Of a stretch of DNA of 64,000 nt, positions 39,448 to 49,351 are shown piece by piece (positions within the stretch are counted from its first letter, which is position 1; every line of letters starts with the position of its first letter). The notes below the pieces were generated by a model. It made no database searches, had not been told where the DNA came from, and worked only from the letters and a program-made list of their open reading frames with translations. Position numbers and translations under genes: made by a program. Where the stretch lies: positions 1,344,001 to 1,408,000 of the forward strand of contig CAXXDN010000002.1 in assembly GCA_963667465.2 (NCBI GenBank), written 5' to 3'. This DNA is from Dehalococcoidia bacterium (GTDB lineage Bacteria; Chloroflexota; Dehalococcoidia; UBA2979).

Positions 39448-40224
39448 TCAGCGCGCGCGGCCGCCGCCATCGATGTTGTAGATCGCGCCGTTGATGTAGG
39501 AGGAGTCGTCGCTGAGCAGGAAGGTGACGAGCGCGGCGACCTCCTCCGCCTCGCCGTAGCGGGCCATCGGGTTGCGCTGTTCGTACTGGCGGCGGGTGGT
39601 GTCCGGGCTGTCGGGCGTGCGGCTCGCCTCCAGACGGCGCATCATCTGCGTGTTGATCGGCGAGGGGCAGACGGCGTTGACGCGCACGCCCGCGTCGCCG
39701 AACTCGAGCGACGCGGTCTTCGTCATCCCCACCACGGCGTGCTTGCTCGCACCGTAGGCAACAATGCCCGGCGTCGCGCCCAAACCCGCCACCGAGGAGG
39801 TATTGACGATCGAGCCGCCGCCACGGTCGATCATCCCCGGCACGACGTACTTCATGCCCAGCCACACGCCCTTGAGGTTGATCGCGATCACGCGGTCGAA
39901 CAGCTCCTCCGGGTACTCCGTGAGCGGATGCACCGTGCCCTCGATCCCCGCGTTGTTGAAGAACACGTCGATGCCGCCGAAGTGCTCCGTCGCGCGCTCG
40001 ACGTAGCGCTCGACCTCGTCGGCGTGCCGCACGTCGGCCTCGAGAGTCAGTACCTCGGCGCCGGCCTCGCGCACCGGCGCCGCCGCGGCGACGAGGCTCA
40101 CTGCGTCGAGGTCGACAAGCACGATGCGCGCGCCCTCGCGGGCGAGTCGCAGCGCGGTCGCGCGTCCGATTCCACCCGCGCCGCCGGTGATCAGCGCCGT
40201 CTTGTCCTCGAATCGCCCGTCCAT
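39448..40224 (-). CDS. Classical NAD-dependent SDR oxidoreductase
   Basis: TGGAGGIG, NNAG, YGASK, IDGG. Confidence 0.92.
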   Translation of the reverse strand: MDGRFEDKTALITGGAGGIGRATALRLAREGARIVLVDLDAVSLVAAAAPVREAGAEVLTLEADVRHADEVERYVERATEHFGGIDVFFNNAGIEGTVHPLTEYPEELFDRVIAINLKGVWLGMKYVVPGMIDRGGGSIVNTSSVAGLGATPGIVAYGASKHAVVGMTKTASLEFGDAGVRVNAVCPSPINTQMMRRLEASRTPDSPDTTRRQYEQRNPMARYGEAEEVAALVTFLLSDDSSYINGAIYNIDGGGRAR

Positions 40225-40271
40225 CGCGTCCTCCGCTTCCTGAGGTCTCTCGTTGCCTGGCCTGGTGCAGC

Positions 40272-41942
40272 CTAAACGAAGGTCGGCTGTTCGTACTCGC
40301 CGAGGGCGTCCCGCATCGTGTTCGTGATCTCGCCGAGCGTGCAGTAGGCGTTCGCCGCATCGATCAGCAGCGGCATCACGTTCTCCCGCGGATCGCGGCA
40401 CGCCTCGGCGAGTTGCGCGAGCGCGTGGCGCGCGGCCGCCGCGTCGCGGGTGGCGCGCACACGCTCGAGCCGCTCGAGGTGGCGCGCCTCGCCCTCCGGG
40501 TCGAACTCGAGGATCGGGATCTCGATCGGTTCGTCCACCTCGTGGTCGGTGACGCCGACGATCGCGCGCTCGCCCTCGGCAAGCTCGCGCTCGAAGCGGT
40601 AGGCCGCCTCGGCGATCTCGCGCTGCGGGAAGCCGCTCTCGAGGGCCGGGATCATGCCGCCGAGGTCCTCGATGCGGGCGAAGTACTCGTAGGCCTCGCG
40701 CTCGATGTCGCTGGTCAGCGACTCGACCATGTAGGAGCCGCCGAGGGGATCGACGCTGTTGGCGGCGCCGGTCTCGTGGAGCAGCACCTGCTGGGTGCGC
40801 ACGGCCAGCCGCGCGGCCTTCTCGCTGGGCAGCGCCAGCGCCTCGTCCATCGCGTTGGTGTGCAGCGACTGCGTGCCGCCGAGGACGGCGGAGAGCGCCT
40901 GCAGGGCGACGCGCACGAGGTTCACCTCGGGCTGCACGTCGGTCAGCGAGACTCCCGCCGTCTGCGCGTGGAAGCGCATCCACCACGAGCGTGGGTTGGT
41001 CGCGCCGAAGCTGTCGCGCAGCTCCTTCGCCCAGATCCGGCGGGCGGCGCGGTACTTCGCGATCTCCTCGAAGAAGTCGCTGTGCGCGTTGAAGAAAAAC
41101 GAGAGCCGCGGTGCGAACTCGTCGATCGCGAGCCCGCGCTCGAGCGCCCAGCGGACGTACTCGAAGCCGCTGGCGAGGGTGAACGCCAACTCCTGTGCGG
41201 CGGTGCTACCGGCCTCGCGGATGTGGTAGCCGCTGATGCTGATGCTGTTCCAGAGCGGCAGCTCGCGGGTCGCGAACTCGATGGTGTCGGTGACGAGCCG
41301 CATGCTCTCGCGCGGCGGGAAGATGAACTCGTTCTGGGCGATGTACTCCTTGAGGATGTCGTTCTGCAGCGTGCCGCCGAGCTTCGCGCGCGGGATGCCT
41401 CGCCGCTCCGCGGCGGCGATGAACATCGCCCAGATCGCCGCCGCCGGGCCGTTGATCGTCATCGAGACTGTGACCTCGTCGAGCGGCACCCGATCGAGCA
41501 GGATCTCCATGTCGGCCAGCGAGGAAACCCCGACTCCGCACTTGCCGAACTCGCCCGCGGCGATCGCCTCGTCCGGGTCGTAGCCCATCAGCGTCGGCAG
41601 GTCGAAGGCCATGCTCAGGCCGGTCTCGCCGTGGGCGAGCAGGTCGAGGAAGCGCGCGTTGGTCTCCTCGGCGGTGCCGAAGCCGGCGAACTGGCGAATC
41701 GTCCACGGCCTGCCGCGGTAGCCGGTCGGGTGGATGCCGCGCGTGTAGGGCGGCTCGCCCGGCAGTCCGAGGTCGCGCGCCGCCTCGATGCCGCGCGCCG
41801 CGAGATCGGTCTCGTCGTAGACCCGCTGGATCGGACGGGAGGAGACCGTCTGGAACGGCCCCGGCAACTCGCGGCCCTCGGCAGCGACACGCTCCTCCCA
41901 GGCGCGCCGCCGCGCTGCGGCGTCCGCGTCCGGGCCAGCCAC
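40272..41942 (-). CDS. Acyl-CoA mutase large subunit, isobutyryl-CoA mutase (IcmA)-like
   Basis: WTIRQFAGF and [16 protein letters not shown] (Phe/Gln at the Tyr89/Arg207 positions of MCM), PTLMG. Confidence 0.85.
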   Translation of the reverse strand: MAGPDADAAARRRAWEERVAAEGRELPGPFQTVSSRPIQRVYDETDLAARGIEAARDLGLPGEPPYTRGIHPTGYRGRPWTIRQFAGFGTAEETNARFLDLLAHGETGLSMAFDLPTLMGYDPDEAIAAGEFGKCGVGVSSLADMEILLDRVPLDEVTVSMTINGPAAAIWAMFIAAAERRGIPRAKLGGTLQNDILKEYIAQNEFIFPPRESMRLVTDTIEFATRELPLWNSISISGYHIREAGSTAAQELAFTLASGFEYVRWALERGLAIDEFAPRLSFFFNAHSDFFEEIAKYRAARRIWAKELRDSFGATNPRSWWMRFHAQTAGVSLTDVQPEVNLVRVALQALSAVLGGTQSLHTNAMDEALALPSEKAARLAVRTQQVLLHETGAANSVDPLGGSYMVESLTSDIEREAYEYFARIEDLGGMIPALESGFPQREIAEAAYRFERELAEGERAIVGVTDHEVDEPIEIPILEFDPEGEARHLERLERVRATRDAAAARHALAQLAEACRDPRENVMPLLIDAANAYCTLGEITNTMRDALGEYEQPTFV

Positions 41943-41957
41943 GCGTCCGCCTCGCCC

Positions 41958-43139
41958 TCAGGCTGCCGGCACGCGCGCGAGGCGCGCATCGACGCTGCGC
42001 AGCGCCGCCTCGGCGGTCGAGCTGCCCTCGCGCTCCGCGCGGTGCAGCAGCTCCAGCGTCGTCGGGCCGACGCGAGTGAGGAGCTCCTCGATGCGATCGG
42101 CGCCGCCGGCGGCGTGGTCGATACCGGCGGCGACCACGCCGCCCGAGCTCACGATGTAGTCGGGCACGTAGAGGATGCCGCGCGCGGCGAGCAACTCGGC
42201 GTCGGCGGGGTCGTGCAGCAGCTGGTTGTTCGCCGCGCCGCAGACGACGCGGCAGCGCAGCTGGGTGATCGACTGCGGGTTGAGCACCCCGCCCAGGGCG
42301 TTCGGCGAGAGCACATCGCAGGGCTGCAGGTAGGCGCCCTCGAGGGCGATCGCCTCGCCGCCGATCTCGCGTGCGAGGTCCACAGCGAGGTCCTCGAACA
42401 GGTCCGCGACGGCCACGGCGGCGCCCGCGGCGGCCGCCCGGCGCGCCACCTTGCCGCCGACCTTGCCCGTGCCCACGACGACGACCCGCCGCCCAACCAG
42501 CAAGCTGTTGCCGAAGGCGAACTCGCAGGCCGCGTGCATCCCGTTGATCACGGTGCGCGCCGTCGGTTCCGAGGTGTCCACGTCGTGCCGGCCGCCCCGC
42601 GCGACGCCGGCGAGGTGCTGCGTCTGTTTCGCGATCGCCCGCAGGTCGTCGAGCGTCGTGCCGACGTCGGTGGTGGTTATGTAACGCCCTCCGAGGCGCT
42701 CGACGAAGCGCCCGTAGGCCGCGAGCAGCTCGGGCGTCTTAGCGGCCGGGTCGCCGACGATCGCAGCCTTCCCGCCGCCGTAGTCGAGGCCTGCGACCGC
42801 CGACTTCGCCGTCATCGCCGCCGAGAGCCGGAGCACGTCGATCAGCGCCTCGCTGATCTGCTCGTAGGGCCGCCAGCGCGCGCCGCCGAAGCCCGGACCG
42901 AGCACCGACGAGTGCAGCGCGACAAGCGCACGCAGGCCGGACGCGGCGTCGTGGTGGTAGTAGACGGCCTCGTGGCTGTCGGGGTCGTAGGGGAGCCCGG
43001 TGCGAGCGCCGTCGCCGCCTGGCGCGCGCGTGGCGGTCCAGCGCAGCAGATCCGCGTCCAGTTCCCCGGCAGGTCCGAGCAGCCCTTCGAGGGCGGCGCG
43101 ATCTTCCTGGAATCCGGGCCTGGATGATGCGCTGCTCAT
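41958..43139 (-). CDS. Leu/Phe/Val dehydrogenase family protein
   Basis: GGARW, MTAK, GGGKAAI, DVGT, GTGKVG, GAANNQL, YVPDY. Confidence 0.88.
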   Translation of the reverse strand: MSSASSRPGFQEDRAALEGLLGPAGELDADLLRWTATRAPGGDGARTGLPYDPDSHEAVYYHHDAASGLRALVALHSSVLGPGFGGARWRPYEQISEALIDVLRLSAAMTAKSAVAGLDYGGGKAAIVGDPAAKTPELLAAYGRFVERLGGRYITTTDVGTTLDDLRAIAKQTQHLAGVARGGRHDVDTSEPTARTVINGMHAACEFAFGNSLLVGRRVVVVGTGKVGGKVARRAAAAGAAVAVADLFEDLAVDLAREIGGEAIALEGAYLQPCDVLSPNALGGVLNPQSITQLRCRVVCGAANNQLLHDPADAELLAARGILYVPDYIVSSGGVVAAGIDHAAGGADRIEELLTRVGPTTLELLHRAEREGSSTAEAALRSVDARLARVPAA

Positions 43140-43182
43140 GGATCAAGAATAGCCCTGCGCGGCGTTGCGGGGCGTCGGATTC

Positions 43183-43848
43183 CTATCCGTCTTCGGAGAC
43201 CTGTTCCAGCAGCGAGGCGTGCCCCACGACGAAGGCGGCTGTTGCCTCGCCGAGGGGTGTCGCGCCGCGCAGCAGGTCGCCTGCCTCGTCCACGTCGTCG
43301 CGCAGCGAGGGCAGCTCGAGCCAGGCGACGGCCAGCCCGGCCGCCTCGCCGAGCGCGCGGTGGCGCGCAGCCGACCCGACACCGAAGGCGGGCGCGATCG
43401 CGTCCGGCGGGCGCAGCCCGAGCAGCCCCGTCCCGCCGTCGCGCGACGGCGCAACGACGACCGCGTGCTCCTCGAGCGCCTCGATGGCGCTGCGCAGGTC
43501 CGGGGGCTGCGCGCGTGACTGGTCGGCGGGCAGCAGCAGCGCCGCGCCCGCCTCGCGGGCGCCGGCAGCGGCGAGGGCCTGGGCGACGGCGGCGTTGTAG
43601 CCGCCGCCCGCGTCTGCGATGAGCTCGGCGCCCGCGCGTCTGGCGGCGGGCGCGTACTCCTCGTCTGGCGTGACCAGCAGCAGCGGCCCATCGTGCGCCG
43701 CGCGGGCGGCGCTCAGCACGTCCTCCAGCATCGCCAGCACCAGCTCGGCGCGCTGGCGCGGTCCGAATACCGCCGCGAGCCGCGACTTCGCCTCGCCGAG
43801 GCTCTTGACCGGCACGATCACGCACAGGGCGCCGGGTTCGGCGCTCAC
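43183..43848 (-). CDS. cofC: 2-phospho-L-lactate/PEP guanylyltransferase (F420 biosynthesis)
   Basis: IVPVKSLGEAKSRL, AMLEDV, DGGTG, FGVGSAARH, DVDEAGDL. Confidence 0.9.
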   Translation of the reverse strand: MSAEPGALCVIVPVKSLGEAKSRLAAVFGPRQRAELVLAMLEDVLSAARAAHDGPLLLVTPDEEYAPAARRAGAELIADAGGGYNAAVAQALAAAGAREAGAALLLPADQSRAQPPDLRSAIEALEEHAVVVAPSRDGGTGLLGLRPPDAIAPAFGVGSAARHRALGEAAGLAVAWLELPSLRDDVDEAGDLLRGATPLGEATAAFVVGHASLLEQVSEDG

Positions 43849-44771
43849 AGCGTCACCGCCTCGAGGGCGCGACGTGCCAGCGCCTCGCGCCGCCCGGTGC
43901 TTGTCATCATCGTGTCGCAGACGACGGCGCGCAGGCCCAGCGCCTCGACGGCGTCGCCAAGGGCGGCGTCGATCGCATCGAGGAGGAAGGCGTCCACCAG
44001 GCCGGAATAAAGCCGCGCCACGCCCAGTGCCGAGGTCTCGTGGCCGAGGCTGCGCATGATCGCCGCCGCCGGACCCTTCACCGCCTCACCACCGACGATC
44101 GGGCTGACCGCGACGCGAACGGCCCGCGAGCCCTCGAGGGCATCGCGCACGCCGGGCACGGCGAGCAGCGGGTCGATCGAGACGAACGGGTTGCTCGGCG
44201 CGACGATCACGGCGTCCGCTTCCTCGATCGCCTCGATCACGCCGGGCGCGGGCCGCGCCTCCGCAGCGCCGGGGAAGCGGAGCCCGGTGACGGTCGCCGT
44301 AGCGCGGCCGCGCACGAAGTAGTCCTGGAAGCTCAGCTCGCCCTCGGGCGTCACTACGACGGTCGGGTGCGGGTCGTCGGTCACGGGCAGCAGCCGGAAG
44401 CGCAGGCCGCGCCGCCGCGTCAGCTCCGCCGTGACGGCGCTCAGCGGCTCGCCGCCGCGCAGCCGCTCGCTGCGCCAGAGGTGCGTCGCCACGTCGCGGT
44501 CGCCGATGCGGAACCACGGCTCCTCGCCCAGCGCCGCGAGCTCGTCGAGCATCGTGAAGCTGTCGCCGCGGCGGCCCCAGCCCTGCTCGCCCTCGAGGCC
44601 GGCGAGCGTGTAGCTGACCGTGTCGATGTCAGGCGATACGTGCAGGCCGCGCCACTCGAAGTCGTCGCCGACGTTGCAGACGATGGTTACCTCGGCCGGG
44701 TCGACGACGCGGCAGAGCCCGTCGAGGAAGCGCGCGGCTCCGACGCCGCCGGCCAGCACGGTGATGCGCAT
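43845..44771 (-). CDS. cofD: 2-phospho-L-lactate transferase (F420 biosynthesis)
   Basis: LAGGVGAARF, NVGDD, SPDIDT, WFRIGDRD, FQDYFV, PSNPFVSI, VKGPA. Confidence 0.94.
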   Translation of the reverse strand: MRITVLAGGVGAARFLDGLCRVVDPAEVTIVCNVGDDFEWRGLHVSPDIDTVSYTLAGLEGEQGWGRRGDSFTMLDELAALGEEPWFRIGDRDVATHLWRSERLRGGEPLSAVTAELTRRRGLRFRLLPVTDDPHPTVVVTPEGELSFQDYFVRGRATATVTGLRFPGAAEARPAPGVIEAIEEADAVIVAPSNPFVSIDPLLAVPGVRDALEGSRAVRVAVSPIVGGEAVKGPAAAIMRSLGHETSALGVARLYSGLVDAFLLDAIDAALGDAVEALGLRAVVCDTMMTSTGRREALARRALEAVTL

Positions 44772-44807
44772 GCGACCGCCCCGCCAAGCCCGCGTCCGCC
44801 GCGCCGC

Positions 44808-45785
44808 CTAGATGCCGGACTGGTAGCCGGCGTTCTCCTCGATCACCCGCACCGGCGACCCGCGGAGGAAGGCGGCGATGTCCTCGACGGCCTCCTCGTA
44901 GTAGACCCGGTAGCCGTCCTCGATCACGTAGCCGACGTGCGGCGTGAGCACCGTGTTCGGGAGGCTCCGCAGCGGGTGGTCGAGCGGCAGCGGCTCGCGG
45001 TCGAAGGTGTCGAGGCCGGCGCCTGCGATTGTGCCCGCCGCGAGCGCCTCGACGAGTGCGTCCTCGTCGATGATCGGCCCGCGCGAGGTGTTGATGATGT
45101 AGGCGCCCTCCTTCATCGCCGCCAGCTCGGCCTCGCCGATCAGCCCTCGCGTGCGCTCGCTGAGCTTGAGGTGGATCGTGACGACGTCCGAGCGCTCCAG
45201 CAGCTCCTCGAACTCCACGAGCTCCGCCCCTGCCTCCTTCGCGCGCTCCTCCGTCAGGTTCTGACTCCAGGCGAGCAGCGTCATCCCGAAGGCCGCGCCG
45301 ATCCGCGCCACCTGCTTGCCGAGATTGCCGAGGCCGAGGATGCCGAGCGTCCCGCCTCGCAGGCCCTGCCCGAGCGCGACCTGCCAGCCGCCCTCGCGGA
45401 TGGCGCGGTCCTCGCGCGTGATCTGCCGGGCGAGCGCGAGGATCAGCGCCCACGTCAGTTCCGACGTTCCGAAGCCGAGCGAGCCGGTCCCGGAGACGAT
45501 CGCGCCGAGCTCGCGCGCCGCCTCGACATCGATCGCCGCGTTCTGGTTGCCGGTTGTGATCAGCAGCTCAAGCCTGGGCAGCTTCTCCAGCAGGTCGCGC
45601 TGGAACGGCGTGCGTTCGCGCATCGCGACGACGATCTCGAACTCGCGCAGCCGCTCCGCGACCGCGTCGATGTCGTCCAGGTGGTCGGAGAACACCTGCA
45701 CATCCGTCCCCGCCGGGAGGCTGGACCAGTCCGCCATCTCCAGCGCGACGCTCTGGTAGTCGTCCAGGACCGCTACGCGAACCAT
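44808..45785 (-). CDS. D-isomer-specific 2-hydroxyacid dehydrogenase
   Basis: VAVLDDYQ, MRERTPF, GLGNLG, INTSRGP, EPLP, TPHVGY. Confidence 0.92.
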   Translation of the reverse strand: MVRVAVLDDYQSVALEMADWSSLPAGTDVQVFSDHLDDIDAVAERLREFEIVVAMRERTPFQRDLLEKLPRLELLITTGNQNAAIDVEAARELGAIVSGTGSLGFGTSELTWALILALARQITREDRAIREGGWQVALGQGLRGGTLGILGLGNLGKQVARIGAAFGMTLLAWSQNLTEERAKEAGAELVEFEELLERSDVVTIHLKLSERTRGLIGEAELAAMKEGAYIINTSRGPIIDEDALVEALAAGTIAGAGLDTFDREPLPLDHPLRSLPNTVLTPHVGYVIEDGYRVYYEEAVEDIAAFLRGSPVRVIEENAGYQSGI

Positions 45786-45838
45786 CGGAACCTCCTCGCG
45801 ACCCGCGCCTCCCGGCGCGCATCTGGCTCTGACTGCTG

Positions 45839-46732
45839 CTAGGCCTGACCGGGTGCGTCCGTCTCGTGACGCTGGTGATACTCCATGCCCGCCCTCGCCG
45901 GCGCCTTGCCGTCCACGATCGCCTCGGCACGGGCGCGCGCGATCGCATGGCCGATGTCCGGGCGGCTGATGATATAGAAGCGATCCTCCTGGATCGCCTC
46001 CACGACGTGCCCGGCGATCTCGTCTGCTGTCGGGTAGTCCGTGCGGCTCTGCGAGACGGCGAGGCGCACGTGGTAGCGCTCCATGTCGAGCTCCGCCTGA
46101 TCCTCCTGGCCGGCGTTCGTGAACTCCTCGGGCCGGCGCGTGCGGGTGACCGCTCCGCGGATGTGCGGGATCAGCACGGAGACGCTGACCGCTGCCTCTT
46201 CCTGCTTCAGTTCGTGCCAGAGCACCTCGCTCAGCGCCAGCACGGCGCTCTTCGTGACCACGTAGCTGCCGGTGCCCGGCCGCCCCGCGAGGCCCGCCGT
46301 CGAGGCGGTGTTGACGATGTGCCCCTCCTCGCCGCCTTCCAGCATGATCGGGACGAAGACGCGCAGCGCGTGGATCATGCCCCAGAGGTTGGTCCCGAGT
46401 GCCCATTGCCAGTCGCGCTCGCTCGTCGTCCAGACCGACACGTCGCGGGTGTTGATGCCGACGTTGTTGCAGAGCACGTGGACGCCGCCGAGCTCCTCCG
46501 TCACGCGTACGGCCAGCGCCTCGACGCTCTCGCCGCTCGAGATGTCGGTCTCGACGGCGATCACTCGCGCGCCGCGCTCCAGCAGTTCCTCCTGCGTCGC
46601 CGCGAGGGCGTCCCTGTCGAAGTCGGCGACGGCGACCGCCATGCCCTCGCGGGCGAAGCGGCGCGCCATGGCGGCGCCGAGCACGCCGCCGCCGCCCATC
46701 ACCACCGCCACCTTGCCGGCGAACTCCTGCAT
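45839..46732 (-). CDS. SDR oxidoreductase
   Basis: GGGGVLG, CNNVG, VNTAS, YVVTK. Confidence 0.88.
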   Translation of the reverse strand: MQEFAGKVAVVMGGGGVLGAAMARRFAREGMAVAVADFDRDALAATQEELLERGARVIAVETDISSGESVEALAVRVTEELGGVHVLCNNVGINTRDVSVWTTSERDWQWALGTNLWGMIHALRVFVPIMLEGGEEGHIVNTASTAGLAGRPGTGSYVVTKSAVLALSEVLWHELKQEEAAVSVSVLIPHIRGAVTRTRRPEEFTNAGQEDQAELDMERYHVRLAVSQSRTDYPTADEIAGHVVEAIQEDRFYIISRPDIGHAIARARAEAIVDGKAPARAGMEYHQRHETDAPGQA

Positions 46733-46895
46733 CGCGCACCCCCTCGGCCCGCCTCGCGACCCTCGTGCGGGGCCATCCGTACCACGCGCCGCCCGCGCGC
46801 GTCACGCGCGGCCATCACGCTGCGCACGTGCGCAGGATAGAATCCCTGAGCCGTCGCGGCGCCCGCCGCGCGCACTGAGGCCGGAGGGAGCCCCC

Positions 46896-47978
46896 ATGCG
46901 AGCAGTGATCTTCCATGACGTCGGCAAGCCGATCACCATCGAAAACGTCGAGATCGACGAGCCAATCGCAGGCGAGGTGCTCGTCAAGACCGCCGCCAGT
47001 GGCATCTGCGGCAGCGACCTCCACTACTTCGACGGCACCTCCGCCATGCCCTACCCCGCCGTCTTCGGCCACGAGGGCGCCGGCGTCGTCGAGGCCGTCG
47101 GTCCCGGCGTCACGGAGTTCCAGCCGGGCGACCACGTGATCGCCTGCCTCTCCGTCTACTGCGGGGAGTGCGTCGACTGCCTGACCGGCCGCAGCAACCT
47201 CTGCGAGCTGAAGCCGGAGCGCGGCGCCGACGACCCCCCGCGGCTCTCGCGCGACGGCGTGGGCGTGCACCAGCACGCGCGCGTCGGGAGCCACGCGGAG
47301 TACATGCTGCTGCACAAGAACGGGCTGGTGAAGATCCGCGAGGACATGCCCCTCGACCGCGCCTCGCTGATCGGCTGCGGCGTCACCACCGGCTTCGGCG
47401 CCGCGCTGCGGACCGCGCGGGTCGAGCCCGGGAGCACGGTCGCCGTCTTCGGCACGGGCGGCGTCGGCCTCAGCGCGCTCAACGGCGCCGTCGTCGCCGG
47501 CGCGCGCACCGTTATCGCCGTCGACATTCGCGACGACAAGCTCGCCAATGCCAGCAACATCGGAGCCACGCACGTCGTCAACGGCGCCGAGACCGACCCC
47601 GTCGAGGCGATCCGCGACATCACCGGCGGTGGTGCGGACTACACCTTCGAGGCGATCGGCAAGCCCGAGGTCGGACGCCAGGCCTTCGACGCACTCCGCG
47701 CCGGCGGCACCTGCACCGTCATCGGCGTGATGCCGATCGGCTCGGAGATCAGCATCGCGGGCCGCGACCTGCTGCGCGAGAAGAAGCTGCAGGGCTCCTC
47801 GATGGGGTCGAACCGGCTGAAGGTGGACATCCCGCGTTATGTCGACATGTACCTCAGCGGCAAGCTCAAGCTCGACGCCATGATCACCAACCGCGGCACG
47901 ATCGACGACGCGCCGGCCATGTTCGACGCCGCCATCGCCGCCGATGAGGCCCGCCAGATCTTCCTCTTCGACAGCTAG
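46896..47978 (+). CDS. Zn-dependent alcohol dehydrogenase (class III/FDH-like MDR)
   Basis: GICGSD, GHEGAG, structural Zn CGECVDC..C, GCGVTTG, GTGGVG. Confidence 0.92.
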   Translation: MRAVIFHDVGKPITIENVEIDEPIAGEVLVKTAASGICGSDLHYFDGTSAMPYPAVFGHEGAGVVEAVGPGVTEFQPGDHVIACLSVYCGECVDCLTGRSNLCELKPERGADDPPRLSRDGVGVHQHARVGSHAEYMLLHKNGLVKIREDMPLDRASLIGCGVTTGFGAALRTARVEPGSTVAVFGTGGVGLSALNGAVVAGARTVIAVDIRDDKLANASNIGATHVVNGAETDPVEAIRDITGGGADYTFEAIGKPEVGRQAFDALRAGGTCTVIGVMPIGSEISIAGRDLLREKKLQGSSMGSNRLKVDIPRYVDMYLSGKLKLDAMITNRGTIDDAPAMFDAAIAADEARQIFLFDS

Positions 47979-47989
47979 CGAGGGGTGCG

Positions 47990-48373
47990 ATGAGCGACCA
48001 GGACGCGTTCGCCAGCCTCGAGGACGAGGACCACGTGAGCCTCGCCACGTTCAGGCGCAGCGGCGAGGCCGTCCCGACCGCGCTCTGGTTCGGCCTGCAC
48101 GAGGGCGCGCTCTACGCGCGCTCGCAGGCTGCCGCCGGCAAGCTGAAGCGGATCCGCAACGGCAGCGCCGTACGGGTCGCGATCTGTGACGCGGCGGGTG
48201 TCGTGAGCGGCCCGTGGATCGACGGCGCGGCGCGAATCCTCGAGGACTCGGACCCGCGCGTCGCCATCGCCGACGCGCTGCTCGACGAGAAGTACGGGGA
48301 GCGCCGGCGCGCGCTCGCGCGCTCACGGGCGCCGGATGTGCGCCTGGCCTGGATCGAAGTACGGCCGGCCTGA
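47990..48373 (+). CDS. PPOX-class F420-dependent oxidoreductase (Rv2061-like)
   Basis: SLATFRRSGEAVPTALW, GKLKRIRN..VRVAICD, KYG. Confidence 0.82.
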   Translation: MSDQDAFASLEDEDHVSLATFRRSGEAVPTALWFGLHEGALYARSQAAAGKLKRIRNGSAVRVAICDAAGVVSGPWIDGAARILEDSDPRVAIADALLDEKYGERRRALARSRAPDVRLAWIEVRPA

Positions 48374-48402
48374 CCGGCCGCTGGCGAGGAAGGAGGAGCC
48401 CC

Positions 48403-49347
48403 ATGCCCACCGTCGAAACCGCACTCGGCCCCGTCGACACGGCGAAGCTCGGCTTCACGCTCTCGCACGAGCACATCATCAGCGGCGACCTCGCCGTGCG
48501 GCACAACTGGCCGCACGTGATCGACGTCGAGAAGGAGATCGTGGACGCGCAGGCGCGGCTCGACGAGGTCCACGACCTCGGCGTGCGCACGGTGGTCGAC
48601 CTCACGACGGTCGATCTGGGGCGGGACGCCTCGATCATCCGCCGCGTCGCCGAGGGCACGAAGATGCAGATCATCGTCGCCACCGGCGTGCACCGGCGCA
48701 TTCCCCGCTACTTCGAGCGGCGCACGCCCGAGCCGGTCGTCGAGTTGTTCGTGATGGACATCGAGCAGGGCATCGCCGACAGCGGCGTGAAGGCCGCCTG
48801 CATCAAGCTCGCAACCGAGGAGGAAGTGGACCCGCTCAACGAGCTGATGCTGCGCGCGGGCGCGCTCACCCATCGCGCGACCGGCGTGCCGATCATGACG
48901 CACTCCAACCCGTTCCACGGCACCGGCCGGGACCAGCAGGACGTCTTCGAAGCCGAGGGCGTCGACCTGACGCGCGTGGTGATCGGGCACTCCGGCGACA
49001 CGGACGACCTCGATTACCTGATGAGCGTCATGGACCGCGGCAGCACGATCGGGATGGACCGCTACGGCACGAAGATCGGCGCGGACACGGAGAAGCGCAC
49101 GGACGTGATCGCCGAGCTGTGCAGCCACGGTTATGCGGACCGCATGGTGGTCTCGCATGACGCCGGGTCGTTCTCGCTCAACGTCCCCCGCCACATCCGC
49201 GACACGCAGTTCCCGGAGTGGAACTACCTCACGATCCCCACGAAGGTCATCCCCGGCCTGCGCGATCGCGACGTGCCCGAGGAGCAGATCGAAGAGATCA
49301 CGACCCACAACCTGCGCCGCATCTTCGAGCAACAAGGCGGGTACTAA
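48403..49347 (+). CDS. Phosphotriesterase-family amidohydrolase (possible lactonase)
   Basis: GFTLSHEH, DLGRD, IKLA, THS, IGHSGD, GMDRYG, SHD. Confidence 0.9.
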   Translation: MPTVETALGPVDTAKLGFTLSHEHIISGDLAVRHNWPHVIDVEKEIVDAQARLDEVHDLGVRTVVDLTTVDLGRDASIIRRVAEGTKMQIIVATGVHRRIPRYFERRTPEPVVELFVMDIEQGIADSGVKAACIKLATEEEVDPLNELMLRAGALTHRATGVPIMTHSNPFHGTGRDQQDVFEAEGVDLTRVVIGHSGDTDDLDYLMSVMDRGSTIGMDRYGTKIGADTEKRTDVIAELCSHGYADRMVVSHDAGSFSLNVPRHIRDTQFPEWNYLTIPTKVIPGLRDRDVPEEQIEEITTHNLRRIFEQQGGY

Positions 49348-49351
49348 CGTG

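Noticed and set aside
38237-40986. Apparent long fusions (707-aa acyl-CoA dehydrogenase, 512-aa SDR; likewise 44808-46805 and 46272-47978)
   Set aside because: The upstream parts are off-frame read-through over neighbouring genes; the true starts are internal.
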